Part shown: positions 17,927-27,546 of the stretch, piece after piece
Numbering within the stretch: the first letter of the stretch is position 1
How the letters are laid out: each line of letters begins with the position of its first letter
Assembly: GCA_048636195.1 (NCBI GenBank)
Contig: JAIVXD010000001.1
Location: 1 to 33,012, forward strand
From: Anaerolineales bacterium
Lineage (GTDB): Bacteria; Desulfobacterota; DSM-4660; Desulfatiglandales; Desulfatiglandaceae
Direction: 5' to 3'
DNA: 33,012 nucleotides
Made by a program: the position numbers and the translations under genes
Notes under the pieces: generated by a model
The model's database searches: none
What the model saw: only the letters and a program-made list of their open reading frames with translations
What the model was told of the DNA's origin: nothing

Positions 17927-17966
17927 CCTCTTCCTTCACTACTTCCAAATACTGGAAACTGGAAAT

Positions 17967-18224
17967 TTGAAACTCGATACTTGAAAAGGGGCATTTTATT
18001 TAGTGCTTTTGATAAATGCATTGAGCTTTGGTCCCAATTCGTCGATGATCTTGGTGTAATCAGCAATCTGATACCCAATGGTCTTTTGAACTTTAACTGT
18101 CCAATTGTCAAAAGCATACCAAATCATATCGGATAGCTTTTCAGCCAACTTATAAACGTCCATTTCATAAATTTCTTTCATTCAACCCATCCCAGCATCC
18201 AGTATCCAGTTTCAAGTTTCAAGC
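17967..18224. repeat. inverted-repeat arms flanking the four-helix-bundle remnant (TTGAAA-rich element family)
   Basis: ttgaaactcgatacttg (17967-17983) matches the reverse complement of 18199-18215 (ttgaaactggatactgg) at 15/17 positions. The reverse complement of 18205-18224 equals 269-288 at 19/20 positions. The arms are rich in GGAAA/TTGAAA units. Confidence 0.55.
17996..18181 (-). pseudogene. internally deleted four-helix-bundle protein gene (23S rRNA intervening-sequence protein family)
   Basis: The 61-aa product joins an N-terminal block (DVYKLAEKLSDMIWYAFDNW...KTIGYQI) directly to a C-terminal block (IIDELGPKLNAFIKSTK). Both are typical of this roughly 120-aa family as I recall it, and the central helices are missing. 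Confidence 0.5.
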
Positions 18225-18231
18225 TCCCCCC

Positions 18232-18597
18232 TTACCCGCCTAAGATATTCTCAACTTCCTCGGTCACCTTTTCAGGCTTAAATGGCTTGACCACAAAACC
18301 TTTTGCTCCTGCTTCGACGGCTTCCTTTACCAGCGCCTGTTGGCCCAGGGCGCTGACTACAATTATTTTTGCTTTGGAATCTATCTTCAGGATTTCCCTT
18401 ATTGACTCAATACCCCCGACTCTCGGCATGACGATGTCCATGGTTACCAGATCCGGCTTCAGCTCCTTATAAAGCCTGATCGCTTCCTCGCCGTCTTCGG
18501 CCTCTCCGACAATATTATGACCTTTTTCTACAAGGATATCAGACAACATCATCCTCATAAAGGCAGCATCATCCACGATCAAGATTTTTACACTCAT
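18232..18597 (-). CDS. cheY: chemotaxis response regulator CheY
   Basis: 121-aa single receiver domain (ILIVDDAAFMR...DLVTMDIVMP...K). Confidence 0.93.
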   Translation of the reverse strand: MSVKILIVDDAAFMRMMLSDILVEKGHNIVGEAEDGEEAIRLYKELKPDLVTMDIVMPRVGGIESIREILKIDSKAKIIVVSALGQQALVKEAVEAGAKGFVVKPFKPEKVTEEVENILGG

Positions 18598-18607
18598 GCA
18601 TCCCCCC

Positions 18608-19099
18608 TCAAATTTCTTTGTTGCCGTGTAAAGCGTTCTTTGTCCTCACAACCCCTGTTTCAAGAAAAAATTCCACGGAACGACCATGGTTTCCCTCTGT
18701 ATCTTCCGCCACGAGGCTGATTTTTCTTTTTCTTAATTCATCCTTTACAGCAGCAATGTTTCTTGCTCCAATATGCATCGCATTGGCTCGATTTACAGTT
18801 GGAAACATATTTGCGCCTCCCACGATCCTGGCCTTTATCCGCCTCATGACCGCACCCAGATTGATCATTTCTTCCAGCATAATTTCCACGGCTGTATTGG
18901 CAAACTTGGCCTTATTCTTCTTTGATTTAGCGAGGTTGATATCCGGCAGCATGATGTGAGCCATGCTCCCTGCCTTGATCAATTCATCGTAAAGCATGAC
19001 CACCACACAGGAGCCCACCGATGGTGTGGTCAGCATATGGGATTTTTGGGCAGTTTTAACCTCCGCCAAACCAACTTTGATTACACTATCCAATGTCAA
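18608..19099 (-). CDS. cheD: chemoreceptor glutamine deamidase CheD
   Basis: Contains PSVGSCVVVMLYD (catalytic Cys context) and AHIMLP (His). 163 aa. Confidence 0.9.
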   Translation of the reverse strand: MTLDSVIKVGLAEVKTAQKSHMLTTPSVGSCVVVMLYDELIKAGSMAHIMLPDINLAKSKKNKAKFANTAVEIMLEEMINLGAVMRRIKARIVGGANMFPTVNRANAMHIGARNIAAVKDELRKRKISLVAEDTEGNHGRSVEFFLETGVVRTKNALHGNKEI

Positions 19100-19578
19100 G
19101 ACCCCATCACCTCTTCTACACTTTTCACCTCTTCGGGAGAAAGCACCTTGCTGAGGTTTAGCAGCACAAAAAGACGGTCATCAATCTTCCCGATCCCTTC
19201 AATATATCTGGTATCTATTCTGCTTTCTATTAGGGCAGGGGTAGGACCGATATCTTCCACAGAAATTCTCAGGACTTCCGGGACAAAATCAACAATCATA
19301 CCCACAATATTATCATCCACATCAACCACTACGATGCGGGTTTCTTCGCCACGCTCGGATGCGGGGAGACAAAACTGCCTGGCTAAATCGATAACAGCTA
19401 TCACCTGTCCCCTGAGGTTTATTACCCCCTCGATAAAAGAAGGAGCCTTTAGCATTCGTGTTATGTGGCTCATTTCAATAATCTCTTTCACCTGATCTAT
19501 CCTGGCTCCGAACTCTTCCTTTCCAAGGCGAAAGATAACCACCTGAATTTCTTTGCCAGCGGATTTATCTTCTTGCAT
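19096..19578 (-). CDS. cheW: chemotaxis coupling protein CheW
   Basis: 160-aa CheW-like domain (FRLGKEEFGARIDQVKEI...NLRGQVIAVIDL). Confidence 0.93.
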   Translation of the reverse strand: MQEDKSAGKEIQVVIFRLGKEEFGARIDQVKEIIEMSHITRMLKAPSFIEGVINLRGQVIAVIDLARQFCLPASERGEETRIVVVDVDDNIVGMIVDFVPEVLRISVEDIGPTPALIESRIDTRYIEGIGKIDDRLFVLLNLSKVLSPEEVKSVEEVMGS

Positions 19579-19579
19579 C

Positions 19580-21508
19580 CTAATTTCCTCCCACCTTGAA
19601 TTTGGCCGTCAATTCAGCCAATTTAATTGCCATATCAGACAACTCCTGGGCAGAGGAAGCCATTTCTTCCATGGAGGCTGTCTGCTCCTCAGTGGAGGCC
19701 GATACCTCCTGGACAGCCGAGGCATTTTCTTCGGCCGTCGCTGATATCTCCTCCATGGACCTTACGATCTTTTCGATACCCTCTACGATCTGTTGACTTG
19801 CGCTTGAGACCTGCTGGCTCATGGCACCTGCTTCCTCCGCTCCATTGATAATCTCTTCTAAAGCCACTCCGGTCTCCTTAACCATTTCCATCCCATCGGT
19901 TACCTCTTTACTTCCTGAATCTATGGAAGTAGCCGCCTTTTCTGTTTCTGTTTGTATCTCTGCAATCAGGTCAGCAATCTCCTCGGCTGATTTTTTAGAA
20001 CTTTCCGCAAGTTTGCGAACCTCCTCGGCTACTACTGCAAACCCCCGGCCTGACTCACCTGCCCTAGCCGCCTCAATGGCTGCATTTAAGGAAAGAAGAT
20101 TGGTCTGGTTGGCAAAACCGGTAATTACCTCAACAATCCGGCCTATCTGCTGGGACCTGTCTTTCAGGCTACGAATAGAACTGACAGACTCATTGATCAC
20201 AAAATCTATCTGCTCCATCTTTTCGACTGTTTTCTGGGTGGCGTTCCTGCCGGTCCTGGCCTTCTCAATGGCCTCCAGGGATGCAGATGAGGCCGACTGT
20301 GCAGCAGAGGCGTTTTCTTTTATAGTAGTTGAAATATCCTCTATAATCTTAGAGGTCTTTTCAGTGGCCTCTGCCTGCTTGCTCGAACCGGCAGCAATCT
20401 GCTGAACCGTTGAGGAGACCTCTTCGGTGGTCGCATTCATCTCCTGGGCCGAGGAAGATAACTCCTGGGAGGTTGCAGATACCTTTTCTGCTGTATTCTG
20501 GGTCTGACCAACAAGACCCCTGAGACTTTCAACCATCTGTTGAAAGGCAGTAGCCAGCATGCCCACTTCATCTCCTGCTTTTACCTCTACATCACGGGCC
20601 AGATCACCATTGGCAACGGTCTGAGATGCGGATACCAGTTCGCGGATGGGAATAGTTATCATCCTGGAAATAATCACGCCCATGACCCCGCCTGCAATTA
20701 CCGCAATAATGAGAACTACTATCATAACGGAGCCTGCTGTTGTCTGGGCCGTGGCTATGGTTGTCCATGCTTTATCTGCAATTTCCTCTGCTGTTTCATA
20801 AATAATTTGGCCATCATCCCTCATCCGGGCAATCAACTCATGGGTTTTTTTATGACTCACCACAAGTTTGTTAAAATCAGCCGCATATTGATCAGCCAAC
20901 CCATTGATTTCAGGATCGCCGCCAGCCACATCTTTTAGCCGGTTTATAGCATCGTTAAATTTCTCTTCATATGTTTTTTCTCCTGGCCGGGTCACTTTCA
21001 TATGGTATAGCTGGTAATTCTTTTCCGCCCTACTGGCTTCCAGCAGGCTGAGTATTATTTCGCCGGCTTTTTCTCTCCCCCCCGCAACTGCCTGCACTTT
21101 GCGGCCGGTAGCTATCATTTTACCGGTTAATTCTGCATCGGTTTCGATGTTTTTTATCATCTTATTAAAGATACCTTCGTATGTCTTTGTTGCACTCGTC
21201 ATTTTATCAAAACAGGAGATGTCAGCTTTGTCATGGATCTCTTGTCTTTCGGCAGCAAAATGTTCGCCCAGGTGGCTTATAGTTTCTTTAAGGCTTTCAA
21301 CATATTTTTGCTCATGCCATAAAAGATAATTTTTCTCATATATTCTGAGCTCCAAAACGTGATTCGTTATATGATCTCCCACTTGGACCAGTCTGGACGC
21401 TTCATCTATTTTACTAAAATTTACAAAGGCTGCTCCCGCCACTACCAGAGTTAAAAGAGTAATAGAAAAAAATCCAATAAACAGTTTTTTCCCAATGGTC
21501 CATTTCAT
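19580..21508 (-). CDS. methyl-accepting chemotaxis protein (two TM segments, extracytoplasmic helical sensor, HAMP, signalling domain)
   Basis: TM1 is [19 protein letters not shown] and TM2 is [20 protein letters not shown], followed by HAMP. The conserved hairpin tip reads [36 protein letters not shown]. Confidence 0.93.
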   Translation of the reverse strand: MKWTIGKKLFIGFFSITLLTLVVAGAAFVNFSKIDEASRLVQVGDHITNHVLELRIYEKNYLLWHEQKYVESLKETISHLGEHFAAERQEIHDKADISCFDKMTSATKTYEGIFNKMIKNIETDAELTGKMIATGRKVQAVAGGREKAGEIILSLLEASRAEKNYQLYHMKVTRPGEKTYEEKFNDAINRLKDVAGGDPEINGLADQYAADFNKLVVSHKKTHELIARMRDDGQIIYETAEEIADKAWTTIATAQTTAGSVMIVVLIIAVIAGGVMGVIISRMITIPIRELVSASQTVANGDLARDVEVKAGDEVGMLATAFQQMVESLRGLVGQTQNTAEKVSATSQELSSSAQEMNATTEEVSSTVQQIAAGSSKQAEATEKTSKIIEDISTTIKENASAAQSASSASLEAIEKARTGRNATQKTVEKMEQIDFVINESVSSIRSLKDRSQQIGRIVEVITGFANQTNLLSLNAAIEAARAGESGRGFAVVAEEVRKLAESSKKSAEEIADLIAEIQTETEKAATSIDSGSKEVTDGMEMVKETGVALEEIINGAEEAGAMSQQVSSASQQIVEGIEKIVRSMEEISATAEENASAVQEVSASTEEQTASMEEMASSAQELSDMAIKLAELTAKFKVGGN

Positions 21509-21532
21509 GTTTTCCTCCTTTCTGCTGATATT

Positions 21533-22351
21533 TTATATCTTCTGATATATGCGCTCTCTGATATTGACCGGCCGAAACAGCTCTGCCGACACCTCTGATA
21601 GGCTTTCGGCCTTTCCAAGTATCAAGTAGCCCCCTTTATTTAAGCCTTTACAGAATTTTCCAAACAGCCTCATTTGCAAACCTCTTGAAAAGTAAATCAA
21701 CACGTTTCTGCAAAGTATGATGTCTAAGCAGGCAAGAGGTCTGTCGGAAATCAGATTATGCCGCTTAAATTTTACCATCTGTCTTATCTCTTCCTTTAAT
21801 TTATATTTCAGGTCGCGCTTGAAATACAGCCTCAGTATTTTTTCATCGACTCCGGAAAAAGCGCCGGCTTCGTACTCAGCCGTTTTGGCTTTTTCCAGGC
21901 ACGGCTTATCAATATCGGTTGCATGAATAGAAATAAGAAAGTCATTAATCTTATTACCCAATATTTCATGGAACAGAATAGCCATGGAATATGGTTCTTC
22001 TCCGCTGGCGCAGCCGGCGCTCCAGACACGAATTATTTTCTTCCTATATTTTTTCTTCGATGAAACTAATTCCGGGATGACAGAGTCTTCTATTATCCTG
22101 TAAGCGCTCTTATCTCTAAAAAAATTGGTCACATTGATTGTGAGGGCGTCAAGGAGCCTGTCATATTCTGATGGATCTTTTTTCAGGACAGCCATGTACT
22201 CCAGGTAGCTATGCATCCCGGTTGCCCTCAATCTCACGTCAATCCTCCGCTTCAGGCATTTCTCCCTGTACTGGCTGAGATCCAGTCCTCTTTCCTTGAA
22301 TATCCTTTTCTGGAGGGCCAGGAAGCCCTGGTCACTTTGATCAATCAACAA
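21533..22351 (-). CDS. cheR: chemotaxis protein methyltransferase CheR
   Basis: SAM-binding VWSAGCASGEEPYS and CRNVLIYF. Its start codon directly abuts the stop of the upstream HD-GYP gene. Confidence 0.93.
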   Translation of the reverse strand: MLIDQSDQGFLALQKRIFKERGLDLSQYREKCLKRRIDVRLRATGMHSYLEYMAVLKKDPSEYDRLLDALTINVTNFFRDKSAYRIIEDSVIPELVSSKKKYRKKIIRVWSAGCASGEEPYSMAILFHEILGNKINDFLISIHATDIDKPCLEKAKTAEYEAGAFSGVDEKILRLYFKRDLKYKLKEEIRQMVKFKRHNLISDRPLACLDIILCRNVLIYFSRGLQMRLFGKFCKGLNKGGYLILGKAESLSEVSAELFRPVNIRERIYQKI

Positions 22352-23482
22352 TCAATCCAAAGCCCCCTTCTCCACCAGATCAAGGAACACCGGAACTATC
22401 TCCGGATCTAACTGTGTGCCGGCAACCTCTTTGATTATCCCCAAAGCCTTTTCTTTTGTAAAACATCTGCGGTAGGGCCTGTCCACCAATAAAGCCGCAT
22501 ACGTATCAGCAACGGCCAGGATGCGTGCCCCAAAAGGGATATCCTCTCCTTTAAGCCCGTTCGGATACCCACCGCCGTCATACCGCTCATGATGATGAAG
22601 GGCCAGGGATTTTACCTCCCACGGAAACTCTGCCTTTTCGATTATTCTGGCGCTAACAACAGGGTGTTCCTTAATAACACCGAATTCAGCATCTGTCAGG
22701 GACCCGAATTTCAAGAGAATCCCTTCCTGAAGCCCAATCTTGCCGACATCGTGCAGTATGCCGGCAACACGGATACCTTCAATTTCGGACTTAGAAAAAT
22801 TCATGGCTTTGGCTATAACGACAGCATATTTAGAAACCCGTTCAGAATGACCGCGAGTGTAAGGGTCCTTTGTCTCTATGGCCTCGGCCAAGGCTCTGAC
22901 GGTGCTGAAATAGCTTTTGAGCAGCTTCTCGTATAATTTTGCATTCTCGATAGCAATCGCAACGTGAACGGAGATGGTAGATAACAGCCGGAGATCTTTC
23001 TGACTAAATGGTTTTTTAGATTCTTTCTCTCCAAAATTAATCAGACCTACAAATTTATCCTTCACCACCAGAGGACAGGACAGGGTGATCTCCAATCCGA
23101 TTTTTTCCGACATTTTGCCGAAGAACTCTCTTGCGAACAATTCGTCTATATCGGACGGCAGAATCGGTTTTCTCCAATCAGTAATCCATTTGACAACTTC
23201 ATTTTCTGTCTTTATGCTGATTTCCTTCTCAATGCGCTTCTGTTTTAGCCCCTTGACCGACTTGATGTTCAACTCCCAGGACTTTTCATCAAAAAGCATG
23301 AGATATCCCGATGTTACCCTCACAAGCTCCACAAACATGTCGGTGGCAATATCGACAAGCTCCTTCAAATTAAGACCGGAAGCCAGCAGTTTGCCCTCAA
23401 GATAGACAGCATAAGACCGAAAACTTATCTCATCTAATTCTTCATCAAACTCTCTTCTCAAATCTTTATCCATAGGGAGCAT
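22352..23482 (-). CDS. GAF-domain HD-GYP phosphodiesterase
   Basis: The N-terminal GAF module is paralogous to that of the kinase at 12090-14222. The C-terminal HD-GYP signature is HDVGK...HHERYDGGGYP. Confidence 0.88.
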   Translation of the reverse strand: MLPMDKDLRREFDEELDEISFRSYAVYLEGKLLASGLNLKELVDIATDMFVELVRVTSGYLMLFDEKSWELNIKSVKGLKQKRIEKEISIKTENEVVKWITDWRKPILPSDIDELFAREFFGKMSEKIGLEITLSCPLVVKDKFVGLINFGEKESKKPFSQKDLRLLSTISVHVAIAIENAKLYEKLLKSYFSTVRALAEAIETKDPYTRGHSERVSKYAVVIAKAMNFSKSEIEGIRVAGILHDVGKIGLQEGILLKFGSLTDAEFGVIKEHPVVSARIIEKAEFPWEVKSLALHHHERYDGGGYPNGLKGEDIPFGARILAVADTYAALLVDRPYRRCFTKEKALGIIKEVAGTQLDPEIVPVFLDLVEKGALD

Positions 23483-23683
23483 AACTCCTTGTTAATATGC
23501 CTCCCAAAAAGAGGCAGCAATTTCATATCAACAATTTGGAAACGTAACTTCTCAAAAAGTTCGTGCCTCAACCCAACCTACAAAAATCAATCACTTGGAA
23601 GAACTTAATTTATCAGGGCGAAACCCAACAAATCGATTTAATAGCTTTTCGTTCAGGCACTATCTAAGGAAAGAGGTCAATAC

Positions 23684-25270
23684 ATGGTGGAAAAAAAATA
23701 TATTGTGGTCACAGGTGTGCCGAGCATTAAAAAATATGTATTCGGCACAGATCAATTAAAAGAAATCCGAGGGGCAAGTGCACTTCTTGAGGATTTAACA
23801 CGTAATCGAATAATCGAATATCTCAATAAATGTCCACAATTAGAAATCGAAACCGTGTTCGTGGGCGGTGGGGCCGGGCAGTTCATTATCGACGCTAAAG
23901 AAGAAGACCTGAATATGCATTTGAAAACGCTTGAAGGCGAATTCCTAAAAGTGACCCGCGGTGGGGCGCGACTGAGCTGGGGGAAGGCCCTGTTTGAGGG
24001 TAACAATTACCGGCAAACCTTGATACATGCTGAAATGAATGCCATGCAAAAGACCGAAGAAGCGCCCTTTCATCCTTTTGCCCGGCTCCACACAGGGTTC
24101 ATTCGGGAATGCGACAGTTGCGATGGTATGGTCTCTGCCCAATCTCAAAAAAAAGGCGAGAGAGATTCTCTGTTGTGCGACATCTGCTGTGCAAAGAGAG
24201 AATTCAATTATGAAAAGGCAAGGAAAAACTTTTTAAATGAGCTTTCCGAATACCTCAGCGTGAAAGGCCTTCACGTTGAGCCGGCCCAAGACTTTGAGCA
24301 AATCGGTGCACAATGCCGAACCAGACGTAGCTATACAGCGCTTGTATATGCGGATGGTAACGCCATGGGTAAGTTAATCAAGACTATTGACCGCAAGGAT
24401 TTATTTAAGTTTTTTTCCCGAACCGTTGACACCTCCATTAAGGAAGCCTGCTTCGAGGCATTGTTTGAGGCCTGCTTTCTCGACTTCAAAAAACCTTCTG
24501 CCATTATTCCGGCTGAAATCTTGATGCTTGGTGGTGACGATCTGCTGGTCTATCTAACCGCAGAAACAGCGTTTCCGTTTGCTGTCAAGGTGGCGGAAAA
24601 GTTTAACGCAATAACCAAAAAAAAGATGGAAGCTACCGAGGAGGGAGAATTCTTTTTAAAGAAAACGGAAGGCAAAGGGTTGTATATTTCCATCGGAATT
24701 GCTTTCGGGAAAAGTCATACGCCTTTTTCCATTCTACTGCACCAGGCAGAAGAACTGCTCAGCTTTGCTAAAAAGGCAGGATCGAATGATCCCGCTGCAG
24801 GAAAGTATTACGCTCCCGCTTATATCGACTACCACCTTTCCACCAACTACAATCAAATCAATGTGGTCGACAGCCGAATTAATCATCTGGAAGTTCCCGG
24901 CATGCAAGGGAAAAGGCCTATCAGGCTTTACCAGAAACCATACTCACTGACGGACGCTAAAGCATTGTTGGAGTCAGCCCGAAAACTTGTGCAATCCGGC
25001 ATCCCCAAGACTCGGCTAAATCGCCTGGGAAACGCACCGGTCATGGGAAAGATGAACGGCACATTGGAATGTCTCAAACTTTACACTCGAACAAAGGCGG
25101 ATCAACGTCTTGTAATATGGAACATCCTTGACCGCTTTGACTGTATCGGCAATATGCCGTGGAACGAGGAGGGTATCGTGGATACAACCATGCTGGTGGA
25201 TCTGATGGAACTTGTCGGGTTTTGTGGAAATGACAACATTAACGCCGGAAAGGAGTACGATGCAACATAA
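23684..25270 (+). CDS. cas10: Cas10, compact HD-less form with intact GGDD cyclase motif (type III-D-like)
   Basis: The N-terminus starts directly with a palm-like block (YIVVTGVPSIKKYVFGTDQLKEIRGASALL...FVGGGAGQFII). Cys4 zinc ribbon CDSCDG...CDICC (nt about 24110-24190). Second palm ALVYADGNAMG...LMLGGDDLLVY, with GGDD at nt 24530-24541. No HD motif or N-terminal extension. AAGAGG RBS. Confidence 0.8.
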   Translation: MVEKKYIVVTGVPSIKKYVFGTDQLKEIRGASALLEDLTRNRIIEYLNKCPQLEIETVFVGGGAGQFIIDAKEEDLNMHLKTLEGEFLKVTRGGARLSWGKALFEGNNYRQTLIHAEMNAMQKTEEAPFHPFARLHTGFIRECDSCDGMVSAQSQKKGERDSLLCDICCAKREFNYEKARKNFLNELSEYLSVKGLHVEPAQDFEQIGAQCRTRRSYTALVYADGNAMGKLIKTIDRKDLFKFFSRTVDTSIKEACFEALFEACFLDFKKPSAIIPAEILMLGGDDLLVYLTAETAFPFAVKVAEKFNAITKKKMEATEEGEFFLKKTEGKGLYISIGIAFGKSHTPFSILLHQAEELLSFAKKAGSNDPAAGKYYAPAYIDYHLSTNYNQINVVDSRINHLEVPGMQGKRPIRLYQKPYSLTDAKALLESARKLVQSGIPKTRLNRLGNAPVMGKMNGTLECLKLYTRTKADQRLVIWNILDRFDCIGNMPWNEEGIVDTTMLVDLMELVGFCGNDNINAGKEYDAT

Positions 25271-25964
25271 CATCAAGATCGCCCTTGACCTCCATTTTAT
25301 TTCCAAATGGCATGCCGGGTCAGGAGAAAGCAGCTTGAGCATCGACCGACTCATACAAAGGGATGCCAAAGGGTGGCCATTTATCCCCGGCAGTACCCTA
25401 AAAGGCATGGTGCGGGAAAACTGCGAAAAACTGTCCCGGACATTGAACTTTCCTGAGCCTGCCGATCCCCATCAAATCGACTTGACGATTCAGGACAGGT
25501 TTCAACCTCTGGATAAACTGGAATCGCCGGTGGATCGGATATTCGGAAACAAATACCAGAGCGGCAATCTGTTTTTCAGGGATGCACGCCTGGATACGCC
25601 GCCGCCACATTATTTTGCTAGAAATCAAAGCCGAACCAGCGTTTATCGTGTACTCGGTACGGCAAGAGAGCACCATCTCTTTTCAAGTGAGTACGTTGCT
25701 CCCATGACCTTATCGACCCTGATTGAGGGATACCAGCGAAAAATGACTTATCTCAATGAGGGAGACACTCCTTATGAATACTGCCTGCTTATCGCTGGAA
25801 TAATGAGCTTGGAGCGGCTGGGCGGAGACAAAAGCACAGGGAGTGGAAAGGTTCGCATACAAATTAATTCCATTGAATACAACGGCATATCTTTGGATAA
25901 AGAATCGGTTTTTGAATATCTGGATGAGGAGTTGTACAGATTGACTAAAGAGGAGATGGCATGA
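25260..25964 (+). CDS. cas7: Cas7-type RAMP (Csm3-like), copy a
   Basis: WHAGSGESSLSIDRLIQRDAKGWPFIPGSTLKGMVRE matches the Csm3 pattern G-rich loop, xID, xxRD, IPGSSxKG. Start is ATG 25260 with GGAAAGGAG upstream, an 11-nt overlap with cas10. Confidence 0.8.
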   Translation: MQHNIKIALDLHFISKWHAGSGESSLSIDRLIQRDAKGWPFIPGSTLKGMVRENCEKLSRTLNFPEPADPHQIDLTIQDRFQPLDKLESPVDRIFGNKYQSGNLFFRDARLDTPPPHYFARNQSRTSVYRVLGTAREHHLFSSEYVAPMTLSTLIEGYQRKMTYLNEGDTPYEYCLLIAGIMSLERLGGDKSTGSGKVRIQINSIEYNGISLDKESVFEYLDEELYRLTKEEMA

Positions 25965-27121
25965 ACTATTACCGCCTTACAGCCACACTTCTGGCTCCGC
26001 TCGCGATCCAACGAACCCGCCAGAACAATGCACCCGGGGCCTTGCCCTATCTGCCTGGGAGCAGTTTGCGTGGTGCAGTGGCAGCCAAATATCTTCGGGA
26101 GGGAGGAAGCCCTGAGGATGATGAATTCAGGACACTTTTCATCGAAAATCCGGTATTTTTTCCAAATCTGTTGCCAACTGACCATGATGGAAAAATCATT
26201 TCACAGGTGCTGCCGCTGACCAGTGTATCGTGCAAACGATATCCGGGTTTTACAAGCGAAAATGGTCATAGTGTTCGGGACACCTTGGTGAAAAAGATGT
26301 TGGAGCGTAACGATCCGGATAATTATCGTGAGCAGGCCTGCATAAAGTGTGACAATGATCTAAAGGGACTTTCCGGGTTTTGGAACGGTAATATGGCAGC
26401 TCCCCAGATGTTTCAGCCGACCATGTTCTTCCAGCGTCATACCGGAATCGATCGGACAACCGGTACTGTTGCACCTAAAATATTTTTCATCACCCAGGCC
26501 ATTGCTGACTTTCAAAAAACTCCGACGGGTGATTATGAACGTCAGATCCTTTCCGGCGGCATGTTTATGAATGACCGGCAGATAGCTGTACTGGAGCCAT
26601 TGTTTAAAACCCCTCTGTTTGCCGGTCAGGATCGTACACGGGGAATGGGGGAACTGCAAGTCGCCGTTGAACCTTTTAATATTGAACCTCCGGATATTGA
26701 TACCTGGGACCGAAAATTTAAAGACATAATAAAACATAATGCCCGTGGCAATCTCGACACGGCTCTTTTATCCGGCCTTTATTTCAGCCTTAAACTGGAA
26801 TCCCATGCCATTCTTGTTGATGATTTTTTGCGCCCGACAACTGAAATAGAGCTCACCTTGCCGTGCGTTGAGCCAGTTTTGAAGGTAACCGGATCACAGC
26901 TCATCCGGGGATGGAATGATGCCTGGGGGCTGGCCAAACCGGATGATATGGGAATCATAATGGGAAGTGTTTATCTGTTCCGATATACCGGCAACAATCG
27001 GGAAGGCCTGCGGCAGTATCTGAACAAGCTGGCCATTGACGGAATCGGACTGCGGCGCGCGGAAGGTTTTGGCAGCGTGTTGATCTGTGATCCACTGCAT
27101 ACTCGAAAGGAGGCGATTTAA
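25961..27121 (+). CDS. csx10: Cas5-like RAMP, Csx10-like by position and architecture
   Basis: YLPGSSLRGAVAAKY near the N-terminus, Cys pairs (CKRYPGF...CIKCDN) and a C-terminal glycine-rich RAMP loop GLRRAEGFGSV. It is the third gene after cas10 and cas7, as in type III-D loci. ATGA overlap with the upstream gene. Confidence 0.65.
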   Translation: MNYYRLTATLLAPLAIQRTRQNNAPGALPYLPGSSLRGAVAAKYLREGGSPEDDEFRTLFIENPVFFPNLLPTDHDGKIISQVLPLTSVSCKRYPGFTSENGHSVRDTLVKKMLERNDPDNYREQACIKCDNDLKGLSGFWNGNMAAPQMFQPTMFFQRHTGIDRTTGTVAPKIFFITQAIADFQKTPTGDYERQILSGGMFMNDRQIAVLEPLFKTPLFAGQDRTRGMGELQVAVEPFNIEPPDIDTWDRKFKDIIKHNARGNLDTALLSGLYFSLKLESHAILVDDFLRPTTEIELTLPCVEPVLKVTGSQLIRGWNDAWGLAKPDDMGIIMGSVYLFRYTGNNREGLRQYLNKLAIDGIGLRRAEGFGSVLICDPLHTRKEAI

Positions 27122-27546
27122 TGGATGTAATAAAATTTGCGGAGCCTATATTAAATCCTGAAACATTGAAGGCAATCGACTTGCATCTTGAGGCCTTATA
27201 CGAAAGTAAGACAACGATAGATATCGGTCAAAAAATGGCGGACGTCGAGCTTAAAAGCAGTCAAATACGCAATTTGGAAAACCTGGTGATGTCCACAAAA
27301 CGTTTTTCGGAAATTATTAATTTCATTAAAAATCAAACAGGGAAAGATAAAAAAGGGAAGTGGCCTCTGATTGCGGATACCCTCCTCCATCAACTCGAAG
27401 CTCTGGAGGATAAGGCCAGAGAGATTGGAAAAGATAATCCCGGCATAACTTTTGAGGTAAAAAGGCAACTGGCAAGGGGATGGGTAAAACAGATAGTGGC
27501 TCATTATTTTTTCGCTGATTCGAAAAAAAAGAAGGATAAACTATGA
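27121..27546 (+). CDS. cas11: Cas11-like small subunit (Csm2-like)
   Basis: 141 aa, predicted all-helical. LKSSQIRNLENLV resembles the SQ(I/L)R motif of Csm2/Cmr5. TAATG overlap with csx10 and an AAGGAGG RBS. Confidence 0.6.
   Translation: MDVIKFAEPILNPETLKAIDLHLEALYESKTTIDIGQKMADVELKSSQIRNLENLVMSTKRFSEIINFIKNQTGKDKKGKWPLIADTLLHQLEALEDKAREIGKDNPGITFEVKRQLARGWVKQIVAHYFFADSKKKKDKL

Noticed and set aside
17923-18117. Alternative 64-aa ORF overlapping the four-helix-bundle remnant in another frame.
   Set aside because: It has no family resemblance and its start overlaps the cheB coding start region. The 17996-18181 frame carries the recognisable four-helix-bundle blocks.
22352-23482. GAF-HD-GYP phosphodiesterase as a CRISPR ancillary ring nuclease, since it is divergent from cas10 across a 201-nt gap.
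   Set aside because: Its stop abuts the cheR start. It shares its GAF module with the kinase at the other end of the che operon, and HD-GYP enzymes are known for cyclic dinucleotide turnover. The adjacency to cas10 is best read as coincidental, although a test against cOA would be inexpensive.
23483-23683. Promoter motifs for cas10 or the che operon in the divergent intergenic region. Examples: GGCACG...TTTTG as a sigma54-like site, and TTAATA-N17-TATCTA.
   Set aside because: The sigma54 candidate lacks the -12 GC element, and the sigma70-like matches are poor in both hexamers. I found no convincing site by eye.
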